The notes under the pieces were generated by a model. The model saw only the letters and a program-made list of their open reading frames with translations, was not told the origin of the DNA and made no database searches. Positions 26,590 to 39,384 of a stretch of 64,000 nt of DNA are shown one piece after another. Source of the DNA: Octopus vulgaris (Eukaryota); assembly GCA_951406725.2 (NCBI GenBank), contig OX597819.1, forward strand, positions 7,626,001-7,690,000. The letters are read 5' to 3'. Numbering within the stretch: the first letter of the stretch is position 1; each line of letters starts with the position of its first letter. The position numbers were made by a program, and so were the translations under genes.

Positions 26590-27230
26590 CTTGATATTGT
26601 CAAAATTTCCCGTGATCTTATCAGCCTGGTGTGCTTTTGATCAGGTGAAAAAGAGGTAATTTCTACTCTTCTCCTCTGGAAACCATCAACGCGCAAAACC
26701 AGAGGGCGCACACTCTCCTACCCTGATGTAATCTCCAGGGATACAGGCATCCAGCAACAGGACCTCCGTAATGCCATGATGGACCGTGAAGTCTGGCGTA
26801 GCATGGTAAATTCCATTGTCTCGACCACGGTCGAACAATGATGATGATTGATCAGATGTCAGAAGACGCAGCACCCACCGAGCAGAAACCTTCGTCATGC
26901 CAAGTTCATTGTGCAGAATATTCTTTACTCTGCCACGGGATATGTCATCTATCACCATGTGGTGAATACAATTAATGTTTTCCTCAGTGGTGGCCGTCGC
27001 AGGATGACCAGACCTTGGGTCATCTTCTATACTCTCCCTTTTCTTCCTAAATTCAGCTGCCCACTTTTGCACTGGTGATAAAGCTGGAGCTTTACATCCC
27101 CCAATGTAGCGACTATGTCAGCATGAATGTCATTTGGGGCTAAACCCTTTCTTTGCGGATACCTGATAACACAATGATGCAAAATTTTGTCCATTTTCAA
27201 AAGAAGTTGCTAATTACTTTTGAAGTCTTC
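26590..27230 (-). pseudogene. Mariner transposase N-terminal relic, interrupted by RTE
   Basis: Reads QKWAAEFRKKRESIEDDPRSGHP...ILHNELGMTKVSARWVLRLLT, with a WVPxxL-like motif. Continues as PDQKHTRL on the other side of the RTE insert. Confidence 0.8.
26648..26847 (+). mobile_element. RTE LINE 3' fragment inserted in a mariner transposase
   Basis: Copy of ~570-777. TSD ttgatcag(g/a)tg at 26637-26647 and 26848-26858. Confidence 0.8.
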
Positions 27231-27639
27231 TTTGTCAGATGTCAGTTTACCCGGGAACAACAACAACAACAGCAACAACAACAACAAAATACATGCAAAA
27301 TTCTACAGTTTTAGCACCACTTCTTAGTTCACCCCATGCACTTTTAAGTCCACCCTCTTACGTAAAAAGTGAAGGGGTGGAAATAAAACACCTATCTAAC
27401 ACATAAATCGCCCAGGGTGGTTTTTATACACGCTGACATTACTAGTTTCTACGTTAGATTCTCGGTCGAAAATTCGAGAAAACTCAACATTCCATTTTGT
27501 GAGTAAAATCTAAACACCTGAAAGTTTTCAAATTTAAGATCAGACATTAATAAATCCACGAACAGGCTATGATAATATTGATTTCAAATTTTGGCACAAG
27601 GTCAGCAATTTCGTCGATTATATCGATTATATCGACTTC

Positions 27640-27870
27640 GGCGACATGACAGAAACGTTAGCACGCCGGTCGAAATGCGTAGGCGTATTTCGTCTGCCGT
27701 TATGTTCTGAGTTCAAATTCCGCCGAGGTTCACTTTGCCTTTCATCCTTTCGGGGTCGATAAATTAAGTACCAGTTACGCACTGGGGTCGATGTAATCGA
27801 CTTAATCCGTTTGTGCGTCCTTGTTTGTCCCCTCTGTGTTTAGCCCCTTGTGGGTAGTAAAGAAATAGGT
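27640..27870 (+). mobile_element. SINE family 2 copy
   Basis: Match to 63649-63880. Confidence 0.85.
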
Positions 27871-28019
27871 ACTTATTCTATCGACTTCGACAGGTTGAAA
27901 GGCTAAGTCGACTTCGGTAGAATTTGAACTCAGAACGTAAAGACGGATTAACTGGCGCTAAGCATTTGTCTCAGCGAATTAGCGATTCTGATACTGGCAG
28001 TGGTTGAAATGTTAGTGCT

Positions 28020-28280
28020 GAAGGCGGTAGTGATGGTAGTAGTGTTGGTGAAATTGATGGTGGTGGCTGTGGTGATAGTTGCAACTGACTATAGTGGTGA
28101 CGGTGGAGGTAAGAGGATAATGGGATGGTGGCGGTGGTAGCAATGATGGTTGTAGCGGTAATGGTGGTGGTGTTGGAGGTTGTGGTGGTGCTGGTGGTGG
28201 CAGTAGTGGTGAGGTGATTGTCGGTGGTAATGATGGTTGTGGCACAGGTTGCACTAGCGGCGGGGATGGTGGTGGTGGTA
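28020..28280. repeat. (GGT)n-rich low-complexity tract
   Basis: Degenerate GGT/GTA triplets. A similar tract lies at 29990-30405. Confidence 0.8.
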
Positions 28281-28509
28281 AAAGTGATACCTGTAGTTGC
28301 AGAAATAATTTTGGCGATAAACATAAGGTACCTGCTTTCAAAGATAGGTGGACATAGTCGATTAAATCAACCCTCAAAGTGTAACTGGTGACACCCCAAA
28401 AAGACGAAAAGTGTAAAGGAACCTAATTCGCATGGCAATTCCGTTCGTTATTCCTTTATTCTTTTATTCTTTTATACGTTTCAGCCCAAAGGCTTTATCG
28501 TTTTATTTT

Positions 28510-29900
28510 AAACAATGGTGATCCTTGTGTCGTTTGTGATGCCGTTGCTATTACTACTGCGGAAATTGGAGGCGTTGAGAAACATCGCAGGCGAACTATG
28601 ACATGGGAGAACCGTGTCGACACACACGGACGACGTCACCGTCTTAGTGTCGAACATCAGGCACATAGACCTGGTCGGCGCCACTCTTAAAGAATACGAG
28701 GCGGCGGTAGGAGCAAAGCTTAACCTGAAGTTGGTGGGCCTGCAACTCGGCCCCTGGAGAAGCAGGTCCATGCCTTCCAACAACGCCGTAGCACGCTGGA
28801 CGGAAGGACCGGTTAAACCGCTCGAGGTCTAGTTCGGTTCAGATCTCTAGGTGGGGAAGAACTGGGTCGATGTAGCGTGTAAGGTGGCCAGTCTCACCCA
28901 GAAATAGGCCGAGAGAAAGCTATCCCCGAAAGGTTGGACAGAGGTGGCGAATGCGTACATCGCGTCCGTCATCTACTGTCGGCTCATCGTCGTGCCCTGT
29001 CCCGGTTCGAATCTAACCAAACTGGAGCGCCTACTCTTCCGCTTTCTGTGGAAGGGACGTATTCCACTGGTCAGGCGCTCTATTTGCTGTCACCACCCGC
29101 TAAATGGATGGCTGGGTATGCCGTGGCCATTAGTGCGCAGACATGCGTTGAGGATGCTGTACCTCTAGCATTTCCAAGACGGTAAGCAGGTGTGGTCGCC
29201 GTTTGTCAGACGTGATTTCCCACAACTCATCTCTTTGACTGAGCTGCAATACTGGATCAAACGTAGACCGAGGCACCTAGAGTGTCGTTAGGCGCTCATA
29301 CTCCTCAACCAATCGGGCAATGCAGTCTGTGTAAGTTCCGCTCAGGTGTTCTATAGCGGATTAGTGGCGGGTAAGTGCGACGACGTTCTCGAGGAGAGTC
29401 TGGGTGTCGACGAGAATGAGTTGGATGGTTTGTTTCGGAGAACTTTCAGGCCGGGGCTTATGGATACTTTCCAGAAATCCTTGGCCTGGCAGTGCCACTA
29501 CGGGACACTGCCTGTTCGGGATAAACTCTACAAGCACGGAAGTGTAGTCATCCGGGCTTGCTCGAGATGTGCGCAGAGCGACGAAACTGTTCTGCACGCT
29601 CTCGTGCAGTGTTCGAGTATTTCTGACTTGTGGGTTTATGTCGAATACTTGCTGTCGCGTGTGGGACGGATCCGGCTATCGGCTGAGTCCATTGTGAAGG
29701 TAGTCCCACCTCTTTCTTTTGACCTGGAAGGGCAGGCTTTTTTCTTGTGCCTGATAGCCTTAGCAAAAGAGGTTGTGTGGTGGATCAGACTGAAAGGGCT
29801 GAAGACAGACACTTTCCTCTTTGGCTAAGTCCTCAACTTTTTGAAGTTACACTTGAAAAGGAAAGTGAGGGTGGAGAGGGAAGTTCTGCCCCCCTCCTCC
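28510..29900 (+). mobile_element. L1/Tx1-clade LINE, 5'-truncated decayed ORF2 (RT to C-terminal Zn knuckle)
   Basis: HTDDVTVLV (YADD-like); YEAAVGAKLN; VANAYIASVIYCRL; LERLLFRFLWKG; CSRCAQSDETVLHALVQC. Contains stops and frameshifts. Confidence 0.85.
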
Positions 29901-29904
29901 CGGC

Positions 29905-29905
<1 letters not shown>

Positions 29906-29973
<68 letters not shown>
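29906..29973. repeat. (GTA)n microsatellite
   Basis: Perfect triplet run. Confidence 0.95.
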
Positions 29974-30407
29974 CGGAAACGATAACCATGCTGGTTGGAG
30001 TGGTGATGGTCTTAAAGCAATGATAATGATAGTGGTGTTGGTGGGAGGGAGGCGGTAGCGGTGGTAGCGGTGAAGTCAAAATGATGATGTCATCGGCGGA
30101 GTTGGTGGTACTGGAGTTAAAACAATGGCTGTTGTGGCGGTGGTGCTGGTGGTGGAGTCAACGCTGGTGACAATACTTCTGGTGGTTGAATTAAAACGAT
30201 GATGACAGCGGAGAAGGTGATGGTGGTGGTGGTGGTGGAGGTGGAGGCAACAGTATGACAGCAATGAGAGTGATGGTGGAGGTGGTGCTGGCTGAGACGG
30301 TGATGACAATGGTGGAAAGACGGTAGCGGTGGTGGTGAGGTTGTCGGGAAGACGACGACGGTGGTGGGATTGTGGTGAAGACGATGGCGGTAGTGGGGTT
30401 GTTGTAG

Positions 30408-31005
30408 GCGGCGAGATGGCAGAACCGTTAGCACGCCGGGGCGAAATGCGTAGCCGTATTTCGTCTGCCGTTACGATCTGAGTTCAAATTCCGCCGAGGT
30501 CGATTTTGCCTTTCATCCTTTCGGGGTCGATAAATTAAGTACCAGTTACGCACTGGGGTCGATGTAATCGACTTAATCCGTGTGTCTGTCCTTGTTTGTC
30601 CCCTCTGTGTTTAGCCCCTTGTGGGTAGTAAAGAAATAGGTATTTCGTCTGCGTTACGTTGTGAGTTCAGATTCCGCCGAGGTCGACTTTGCCTTTCATC
30701 CTTTCGGGGTCGATAAATTAAGTACCAGTTACGCACTGGGGTCGATGTAATCGACTTAATCCGTGTGTCTGTCCTTGTTTGTCCCCTCTGTGTTTAGCCC
30801 CTTGTGGGTAGTAAAGAAATAGGTATTTCGTCTGCGTTACGTTGTGAGTTCAGATTCCGCCGAGGTCGACTTTGCCTTTCATCCTTTCGGGGTCGATAAA
30901 TTAAGTACCAGTTACGCACTGGGGTCGATGTAATCGACTTAATCCGTGTGTCTGTCCTTGTTTGTCCCCTCTGTGTTTAGCCCCTTGTGGGTAGTAAAGA
31001 AATAG
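30408..31005 (+). mobile_element. SINE family 2 as a head-to-tail trimer (184-bp period)
   Basis: One head, then a body unit beginning gtatttcgtctg at ~30456, ~30640 and ~30824. Flanked by a ggtagtRgggttgttg duplication. Confidence 0.88.
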
Positions 31006-31199
31006 GTAGTAGGGTTGTTGGGAAGACGATGGTGGTGGTGGCGGTGATGTTGTGGTGAAGCGGATGGTGGTGGTGGTCATGGTTTCTTGTGATGAAGATG
31101 ATGGCTGTGATGGTTGTGTCGATGGTGATAGGTATTAGTGGTGATGATGGTGGTGGTGGTGATGATAAAGCGGACAATGTACGTATATATACATATGCA

Positions 31200-31651
31200 C
31201 GTGGGTGTGATTGTGTGTTTGTGTATGTGTATGTGTGTATGTATGAATGTATGTATGTATGTATGTATGTATGTATGTGTGTCTGTATGTATGTATGTAT
31301 GTATGTATGTATGTATGTATGTATGTATGTGTGTGTGTATGTATGTATGTATGTGTGTATGTATGTGTGTATGTTTGTATGTGTGTGTGTATGTATGTAT
31401 GTATGTATGTATGAATGTATGTATGAATGTATGTATGTATGTATGAATGTATGTATGTATGTGTGTATGTATGTATGTATGTATGTATGAATGTATGTAT
31501 GAATGTATGTATGTATGTATGAATGTATGTATGTATGTGTGTATGTATGTATGTATGTATGTATGAATGTATGTATGAATGTATGTATGTGTGTCTATGT
31601 ATGTATGTATGTATGTATGTATGTATGCATGTGTGTCTATGTATGTGTGTC

Positions 31652-31682
<31 letters not shown>

Positions 31683-31746
31683 TGTATGTAAGTATGTATG
31701 TATGTATGAATGTATGTATGTGTGTATGTATGTGTGTCTATGTATG

Positions 31747-31777
<31 letters not shown>

Positions 31778-31945
31778 TGTATGTAAGTATGTATGTATGT
31801 ATGTGTGTGTGTGTGTATGTATGTGTGTATGTATGTATGTATGTATGTATGTGCATGTGTGTATGCATAAATGTGTGTGCGTGATGGCGTGTGTTTGTGT
31901 GAATGGATATGTGTGTATTCGCGTGTGTACTATTATTGTGTGCAT

Positions 31946-32000
<55 letters not shown>

Positions 32001-32194
32001 AGTGTGAGTGTGCGGTTGTGTACTGTTGTGAGCATGCGTGCGTGCGTGTACGTGTGTGTGTGTGCATGTTCGTGCGTGAGCGTGTGTGTATGTGTGTTTG
32101 TGTGTGTGTGTTTGTGTTTGTGTGTGTGTGTTTGTGTGTGTGTGTGTACGTGTGCGTGTGTGTTTGTGTGTGCGTGAGCGTGTGTGTTTGTGTG

Positions 32195-32293
<99 letters not shown>

Positions 32294-32295
32294 AT
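31200..32295. repeat. Compound (TATG)n/(TG)n microsatellite, ~1.1 kb
   Basis: Read directly; it is the source of the HT/VC/YVCM pseudo-ORFs. Confidence 0.95.
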
Positions 32296-32611
32296 GACAC
32301 AGAGAGGGAGAGGAAGGTATTTGCGTCTGTCTTAAAAGAAATATTAATTTTTAGTATAGAATTAAGAAATTTGTCTTTGTTTTTATTGTTTTCTTTGTTG
32401 CTTTTATTGTTGTTGTTGTTTTTATGGTTTTTCGTTTTAATATATTATAATTATATTGTTTTCCCTGTTGCTGTTGTTGTTGTTGGTGTTGTTATTGTCG
32501 TTTTCGGAGAGAGAATGTATCTTATTAATTGTCTAACGGCGTGCGAAGTAATAATGGAATGAAATATTTATAAGAAGACTCATGAAGTGTGAGTCAGATG
32601 CTGGTTGATAC

Positions 32612-33212
32612 ATCACCAGCGCCACCACCACAACCACCACCACCACCACAACCATCACCACCACAACCACCAACCACCACTACCGTCACCAACACCACAA
32701 CCATCACCACCACCACCACCACAACCACCACCACCACAACCACAACCACCGTCACCACCAACCACCACTACCGTCACCAACACCACAACCATCACCACCA
32801 CCACCACCACAACCACCACCACCACAACCACAACCACCGTCACCACAACCACAACCACCGTCACCACACCACCACAACCATCACCACCACCACAACCATC
32901 ACCACAACCACAACCACCGTCACCACCAACCACCACTACCGTCACCAACACCACAACCATCACCACCACCACCACCACCACCACCACCACCACCACCACC
33001 ACCACCACCACCACCACCACCCGTCACCACCACCACAACCAACACCACCACAACTACCGTCACCACCACCACCACCACCGCCGCCGCCACCGCCGCGACC
33101 ACCACCACCACCACCACCGCCACCAGCACCACCACCACCACCACCACTACCGTCACCGCCGCCGCCGCGACCATCCCCATCATCACCACCATCGCGATTC
33201 CTCCCCCCACCA
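32612..33212. repeat. (CAC)n/(CCA)n degenerate trinucleotide array with higher-order units
   Basis: The unit accaaccaccactaccgtcaccaacaccacaaccatcacc recurs three times. Confidence 0.9.
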
Positions 33213-33253
33213 TTATTATACGACTGACTGACTGGTTTTGTCAGTTGACAAAG

Positions 33254-33316
<63 letters not shown>
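33254..33316. repeat. (GATA)n microsatellite
   Basis: Read directly. Confidence 0.95.
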
Positions 33317-33859
33317 CAGAAAGGGAGAGGGAGAGAGAATAGAACTGATGGAGATATGTAGGAGGAGGAGGTCATTCCCTACTAAATTAGTCCCGGGACA
33401 TTTGTAAATGATTGTCCTATCAGCCCCGCTACATTAGAATCATCAAATATGTCAGCGCCCACTTTACTGTTTAGTGTTCATGCAGTAGGCGTCCCTAGCT
33501 ATATTTTACTCTGTCGTTATTCTAAAGAGAATCTGTTCGTTGTAGCTATTGCTCGTTAATCATCGGTTCCAGCCGTGACCATTCCTTCGTGTTTTGTACG
33601 TTCGTAACAATATTCTCAATGTGTTCTTTTTATTTTCGTCATATGTCTTATACTTGTCTCAGTCATTAGACTGCGGCCATGCTGGGGCACCGCCTTGAAG
33701 AAGTTTTAGTCGAATGAATCGATCCCAATATTAATACTTGTTTTTACAACCTGGTATTTATTCTATCGGTGTCTTTTGGTCGAACCGCTAAGTTACGGGG
33801 TACATAAACACACCAACAGCGGTTGTCAAACGGTGATGGGAAACAAAAACAGATACGCA

Positions 33860-33893
<34 letters not shown>

Positions 33894-34544
33894 TAAGGCG
33901 GGCTTCTTTCAGTTTCCGTCAAGGTTTTGGTCGGTCTGTAATAGACAATTGCCCAAGGTGTCACGCAGTGGGATTGAACCCGAAACCTTGTATCATGGTA
34001 GCAAGCTTCTTACCACGCAACCATGCCAGAGGTGTTTATTTATTTTAGATGGTAGGGTGTGATTTGAGGGATATTTAGCTACTCTTTCAAGCCCATCGGG
34101 TGACCAGGTAGACGTTACCTCATTGGCTCAGTCTGCAATACTGACGCTTGTAATGTTTACCAAATACTAGTTTGTGAGCCGAGGGTGTTTAAACTCATGA
34201 GCGTTAGATTGTGGTTTCGATTCCTGGACCGGGCGATGTGTTCTTGTGCAAAGCACTTCATTTCACATTGCCCCTGTCCATCAGTTTCCTAAACCACTTA
34301 CAAGGCTTTTGTTGGCCAGGGGTTGTAGAAGACACCTGTCCAAGGTGCAATGCAATCGGACTTCAAGCCAGAACCACACAGCCACGCCTACGCCTATAAG
34401 TATCAAAGTTCCTTCCCGAGTCATAGGACTCTTAAGGCCGGTGTCCCCGGATTCTGTTGGACGATTATTCAATTTTGCTCGATTTAATAACTCTAGCATC
34501 ACTGACTCAGCTTATAAACTTTTCAGCCTACCCTCACAGAAACG

Positions 34545-34595
34545 ATTATTATTATTATCATTATTATTATAATTATTATTATTATTATTATTATA

Positions 34596-34648
<53 letters not shown>

Positions 34649-34660
34649 CATTATTATTAT
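34545..34660. repeat. (ATT)n microsatellite
   Basis: Read directly. Confidence 0.95.
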
Positions 34661-35092
34661 AAAGGTGGCAGAATGCTTAGCGACATTTCATCCGTCTTTA
34701 TTTTCTGTTTTCACATTCCGCCGAGTTGACTTGGCGTTTCATCCTTTCGGATTCGATGAAATAAGTAGCAGTGGAACACTGGGGTCGATGTAATCAACTT
34801 CTCCACCCCTTAAAACAACTGACCTTTTTGCCAAAATATGAAAGCATTAGTACAATTATTCTAAAGGAGGCGAGCTGGTTAAAACCGTTTGCAGGCCGGT
34901 CATAACGCTTGGCAACATTTCTTCTGACTTCACTTTCTGAGTCCTAATTCCACCAAGATCAACTTTATCTTTTCTCCTTTCAGAATCAATGAAATAAGTA
35001 CAAGTCCTGTGCTGGGGCCGATGTAATCGACCAACCCTGCTCACCAAAATAATAGGCTTTGTGTCTATATTAGATAGAATTATTATTTATCA

Positions 35093-35487
35093 CTAGCAGT
35101 ATCGCCCGGCGTTGCTCGGGTTTGTAAGGGAAATAACTATATAAGCATTTTTAGAGATGTAAAGTATAATAGCCATCTCAATATGGCTAACCACAAAGGG
35201 GGGGTGTTACTGTAGCTTTTTACGTTCTGAGATTTAATAATAAATTTTTAGAGAGTTACTTCCCTTATATATGCCAAAAATGCATTAAAAATGGAAAAAA
35301 TTGATGGTAAATTTTTTTTAAATCGTAGAATCATCGTAGACGCGCGCTAATACCCAGAAGGGCTCGATATGAATCACGACTATAAGATACCCGGTTTTGG
35401 TTAAACTGCACCGCAAAATATGGGAGTAGTTAGGAATCTAAATCATAGGAGACAGACAGCACACAACCTCACTTTTATATATAAAGA
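35093..35487 (-). mobile_element. Non-autonomous Helitron
   Basis: Same termini as 5359-5744. Confidence 0.85.
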
Positions 35488-35724
35488 TTAGAGCAGCAAA
35501 CAGACTGAATGGTTAGCATGCAGGGCAAAATGCTTAGCGATATTGCGGCAGTCTTAACTTCGGAGTTTAAATGCTGCAGGTGTCGATATTACTTTTCAGC
35601 CTTCGGGATCGATAAAATAAAGTACCAAGGTAATAGGATCGATGCAATCGATTACATTCCTCCCCTAAAATCTCTGGCCTTGTATCAAAATTTGAATAAA
35701 TTATTATTATCATTATATTATTAT

Positions 35725-35970
35725 AGGCGCCTGTCAAGAAAGATTAGTCTGGAGAAAAGGTCCTTACCTCAAAGAACGTTTGAGAGAAGATGGACAGATG
35801 TCGTAACGAAGTTGAGAGTGAATGGGGCCGCGCTAGTGTAGCCGGTCTGAACGATAAAGAAGGAAAAAACGGAAGAAAAAAGCAACAAAAAAAGGTTATT
35901 ATAAAGAATAAAAAAAAGGAAAAAACCCGGTGGATCGAACACAAACCCGAAAAATATATCACCATTTAAT
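35725..35970 (+). mobile_element. Extreme 3' end of an L1/Tx1-like LINE
   Basis: RRLSRKISLEKRSLPQRTFERRW...* resembles LKRKVRVEREVLP at the end of the 28510-29900 element. A-rich 3' region follows. Confidence 0.4.
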
Positions 35971-36021
35971 TTTTAATTCATTTCGATTTCATTGTGCGGT
36001 ATAAATTCATTCGATTTCATT

Positions 36022-36362
36022 ATGGTTCCGGGTTCAGTCCCACTGCGTGGCATCTTGGGCAAGTGTCTTCTGCTATAGCCCCGGGCCGACCAAAGCCTTG
36101 TGAGTGGATTTGGTAGACGGAAACTGAAAGAAGCCCATCGTATATATATATATATATGTATATATATGTGTGTGTGTGTGTGTGTGTGATTGTATGGCTG
36201 GGTTTGTCCCCCCACCCCAAACATCGCTTGACATCCGATGCTGGTGTGTTTACGTCCCCGTAAATTAGCTTACAAAGAATAAGTCCTGGCGTCGATTTGC
36301 TTGACTAAAAAGGCGGTGCTCCAGCATGACCGCAGTCAAATGACTGAAACAAGTAAAAGAAT
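36022..36362 (+). mobile_element. SINE family 1 copy (5'-truncated, internal deletion)
   Basis: Match to 1517-1925. Confidence 0.85.
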
Positions 36363-36625
36363 AAAAAGAATTTTATTTTATATATATTTGTTCGTTTGTT
36401 TTGCAAACAGATGAAGCAATGTCGGCCACTCCGAAAATAGAGCGACGAAGCTGAATATTGTTTGACAGGAATGGATTCGCCAGGCCGAATGAAGTTCGTT
36501 ATTATCCTCACGACGCATTATCGCTGTGTAGAGTGTTATCAACTACAAATATCACATGTATCTGATAAAGTACGAAATCATATTCGAACACTGTGACTTC
36601 CTCGATATTTCCACAAACCACAAAA

Positions 36626-36856
36626 GGCGGTGAGCTGGCAGAAACGTTAGCACGCCGGGCGAAATGCTTTGCGGTATTTCGTCTGCGTTACGTTGTGAGT
36701 TCAAATTCCGCCCAGGTCGACTTTGCCGTTCATCCTTTCGGGGTCGATAAATTAAGTACCAGTTACGCACTGGGGTCGATGTAATCGACTTAATACCTAT
36801 GTCTGTCCTTGTTTGTCCCCTCTGTGTTTAGCCCCTTGTGGGTAGTAAAGAAATAG
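36626..36856 (+). mobile_element. SINE family 2 copy
   Basis: TSD gatatttccacaaacc on both sides. Confidence 0.88.
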
Positions 36857-36954
36857 ATATTTCCACAAACCTGTTTAATAACACACACACACGCACGCGC
36901 GCACACACACACACACACATTCAGAATATAAAATATGTATTCTTTCTTTCTTTC

Positions 36955-37164
36955 TTTCTTTTACTTGTTTCAGTCATTTGACTGCGGCCATGCTGGAGCA
37001 CCGCCTTTAGTCGAGTAAATCGACCCCGGGACTTATTCTTTGTAAGCCCAGTACTTATTCTATCGGTCTCTGTTGCCGAACTGCTATGTGACGGGGACGT
37101 AAACACACCAGCATCGGTTGTCAAGCAATGCTAGGGGGACAAACGCAGACACACACAAACATAT

Positions 37165-37205
<41 letters not shown>

Positions 37206-37372
37206 CATATATACGACAGGCTTCTTTCAGTTTCCGTCTACCAAATCCACTCACAAGGCATTGGTCGGCCCGGGGCTATAGCAGAAGACACTTGCCCAAG
37301 ATGCCACGCAGTGGGACTGAACCCGGAACCATGTGGTTAGTTAGCAAGCTACTTACCACACAGCCACTCCTG
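36955..37372 (-). mobile_element. SINE family 1 copy
   Basis: Match to 1517-1925. Confidence 0.9.
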
Positions 37373-38218
37373 TATATTCAGAATATTATTTATCTCTGTA
37401 TTCAATTCCTTGTTTTTACGTTTCTATTTCTCGTGAACCTCCATCTTGCTGAAACAGTCCCACTAACTAACATTCATCTCAGATTCTGGCACAAGGCCAG
37501 CAATTTCGGGCGGAGAGTAGATTAGTTGATTGCATCGACTCCTCCTCTCAACTGTTACTTATTTTATCGATCCCGAAAGGATTAAAGGCAAAGTCGACCT
37601 CGGCAGAATTTGAACGTAAAGACGGACGAAATGCCGCTAAACATTTTGTCCGGAGTGCCAACGAGTCTGCTGGCTCGCCGCTCTCTCACTCACTAATATT
37701 GTTTCTAATTTAAGTGCATGTACCAATCAAACATCAGAAATAAAATACCAGTAAAACACTGGAGTCGATTGCATTGATCACCAGTATTTGACTCGTGCAT
37801 TATTTCGCTGACGTCAGAAGGATGACCCTGGAATGGTTTGAACTCAGAACATAAAAAATGTCGGAAGAAATATGCAAAGCGGTGCCCCAGCATGGCCACT
37901 GAAACTGGAAAAATCAAAAAAAAAAAAATCAAAAGCATTTATTCGGACGCTCAAACGATTTTACCAGTTCGTCGATAAATTTTAGTCAATTTTATTAATT
38001 AAGTAGAGAGAAATTAAAGCAATACATTACGCCATAAAGTAACTTCCCTACCAAAGAAGAAGAAAGTTGTTTGTATTTAACAGTGAACAAACAGTGGGCT
38101 CAATCTAAGAGAATAAAGTTTAAGGAGAATATTAAACAAAGGGCCAACAACATGCTATGATGTAATGAAAGAAGTTCTTTATCTCTGATGTATGTGAATA
38201 TATTTATACATATATACG

Positions 38219-38250
38219 TACATACATACATACATACATACATACATACA

Positions 38251-38280
<30 letters not shown>
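38219..38280. repeat. (CATA)n microsatellite
   Basis: Read directly. Confidence 0.95.
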
Positions 38281-38281
<1 letters not shown>

Positions 38282-38391
38282 TATACACAAATGTGCATGT
38301 GTGTGTATGAATGTGACTCTATGTATGCTCGCACATTTACACACTCATCCCATACACCCACGCACACACACATAATTCTTTTATACGTTTC

Positions 38392-38427
<36 letters not shown>

Positions 38428-38736
38428 GCATATATGTGTGTGTATGTGTACAAAAAGGAACAATAACTTATAGACCTTCTTTTATGATCCATGGAACCAC
38501 CGATAGTCCTACGGTTCAAAAGAAATTATATTCTATTGCACAGTTTAATTAATTAGTTGGGGAGGAGGAGGAGGAGGAGGAGGAAAAAAACCATGATTTA
38601 AAAAAGGAAGAGAATGGTTGAAAATAAGAAGAAGGAGCAGATCGCATTGATCAAGGAACACGATTAGTAGATTTATAATAGGGAGTGGGGAGGAAATGTG
38701 GGACGTGAGTAAAGTTTCTGTTGGGTTGGATGAATA

Positions 38737-39091
38737 GAAGCACTCCGTTGGTTACGACGAGGAGGGTTCCGGTTGATCCGAATCAACGGAACAGCCTGCT
38801 CGTGAAATTAACGTGTGCCTTTAACGTAGTTCTCGGGGATATTCAGCGTGACACAGAGAGTGACAAGGCCGGCCCTTTGAAATACAGGTACAACAGAAAC
38901 AGGAAGTAAGAATGAGAGAAAGTTGTGGTGAAAGAGTACAGCAAGAATCACCACCATCCCCTGCCGAAGCCTCGTGGAGCTTTTAGGTGTTTTCGCTCAA
39001 TAAACACTCACAACGCCCGGTCTGGGAATCGAAACTGCGATCCTATGACCGCGAGTCCGCTGCCCTAACCACTGGGCCATTGCGCCTCCAC
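38737..39091 (-). mobile_element. SINE family 3 copy
   Basis: TSD ttctgttgggtt at ~38716 and 39092. Confidence 0.88.
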
Positions 39092-39384
39092 TTCTGTTGG
39101 GTTACACTGTGACCGAAAGATGCTTCACAACGAAACACTCGCGAGTCAGCAAAAGAAAAAGCAGTCAAGTTTTCTTCAGATGACTCCCTCGTTTGTCTTA
39201 GTAAGAGAAGGATGTACCGGAGAACACTGTGTAACAAGATCTTTATTTCTGTTTTGTCTTTGGTCAGTAAATGCTCTTTCCCGTTTGCTTCTATATATTT
39301 AGGACATCATTATCTAATGTATTTTGTATAACAATGTATTGACATAATGTACTGAGGAGCACTTTGTGCAATATATTTTCTATA

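Noticed and set aside
30456-31005. Regularly spaced repeats as a CRISPR-like array
   Set aside because: The units are contiguous SINE bodies with no unique spacers, in a eukaryotic context.
31077-33231. Long ORFs (up to 407 aa) rich in His/Thr/Val/Cys/Pro
   Set aside because: They are translations of stop-free microsatellites, with no splice or domain evidence.
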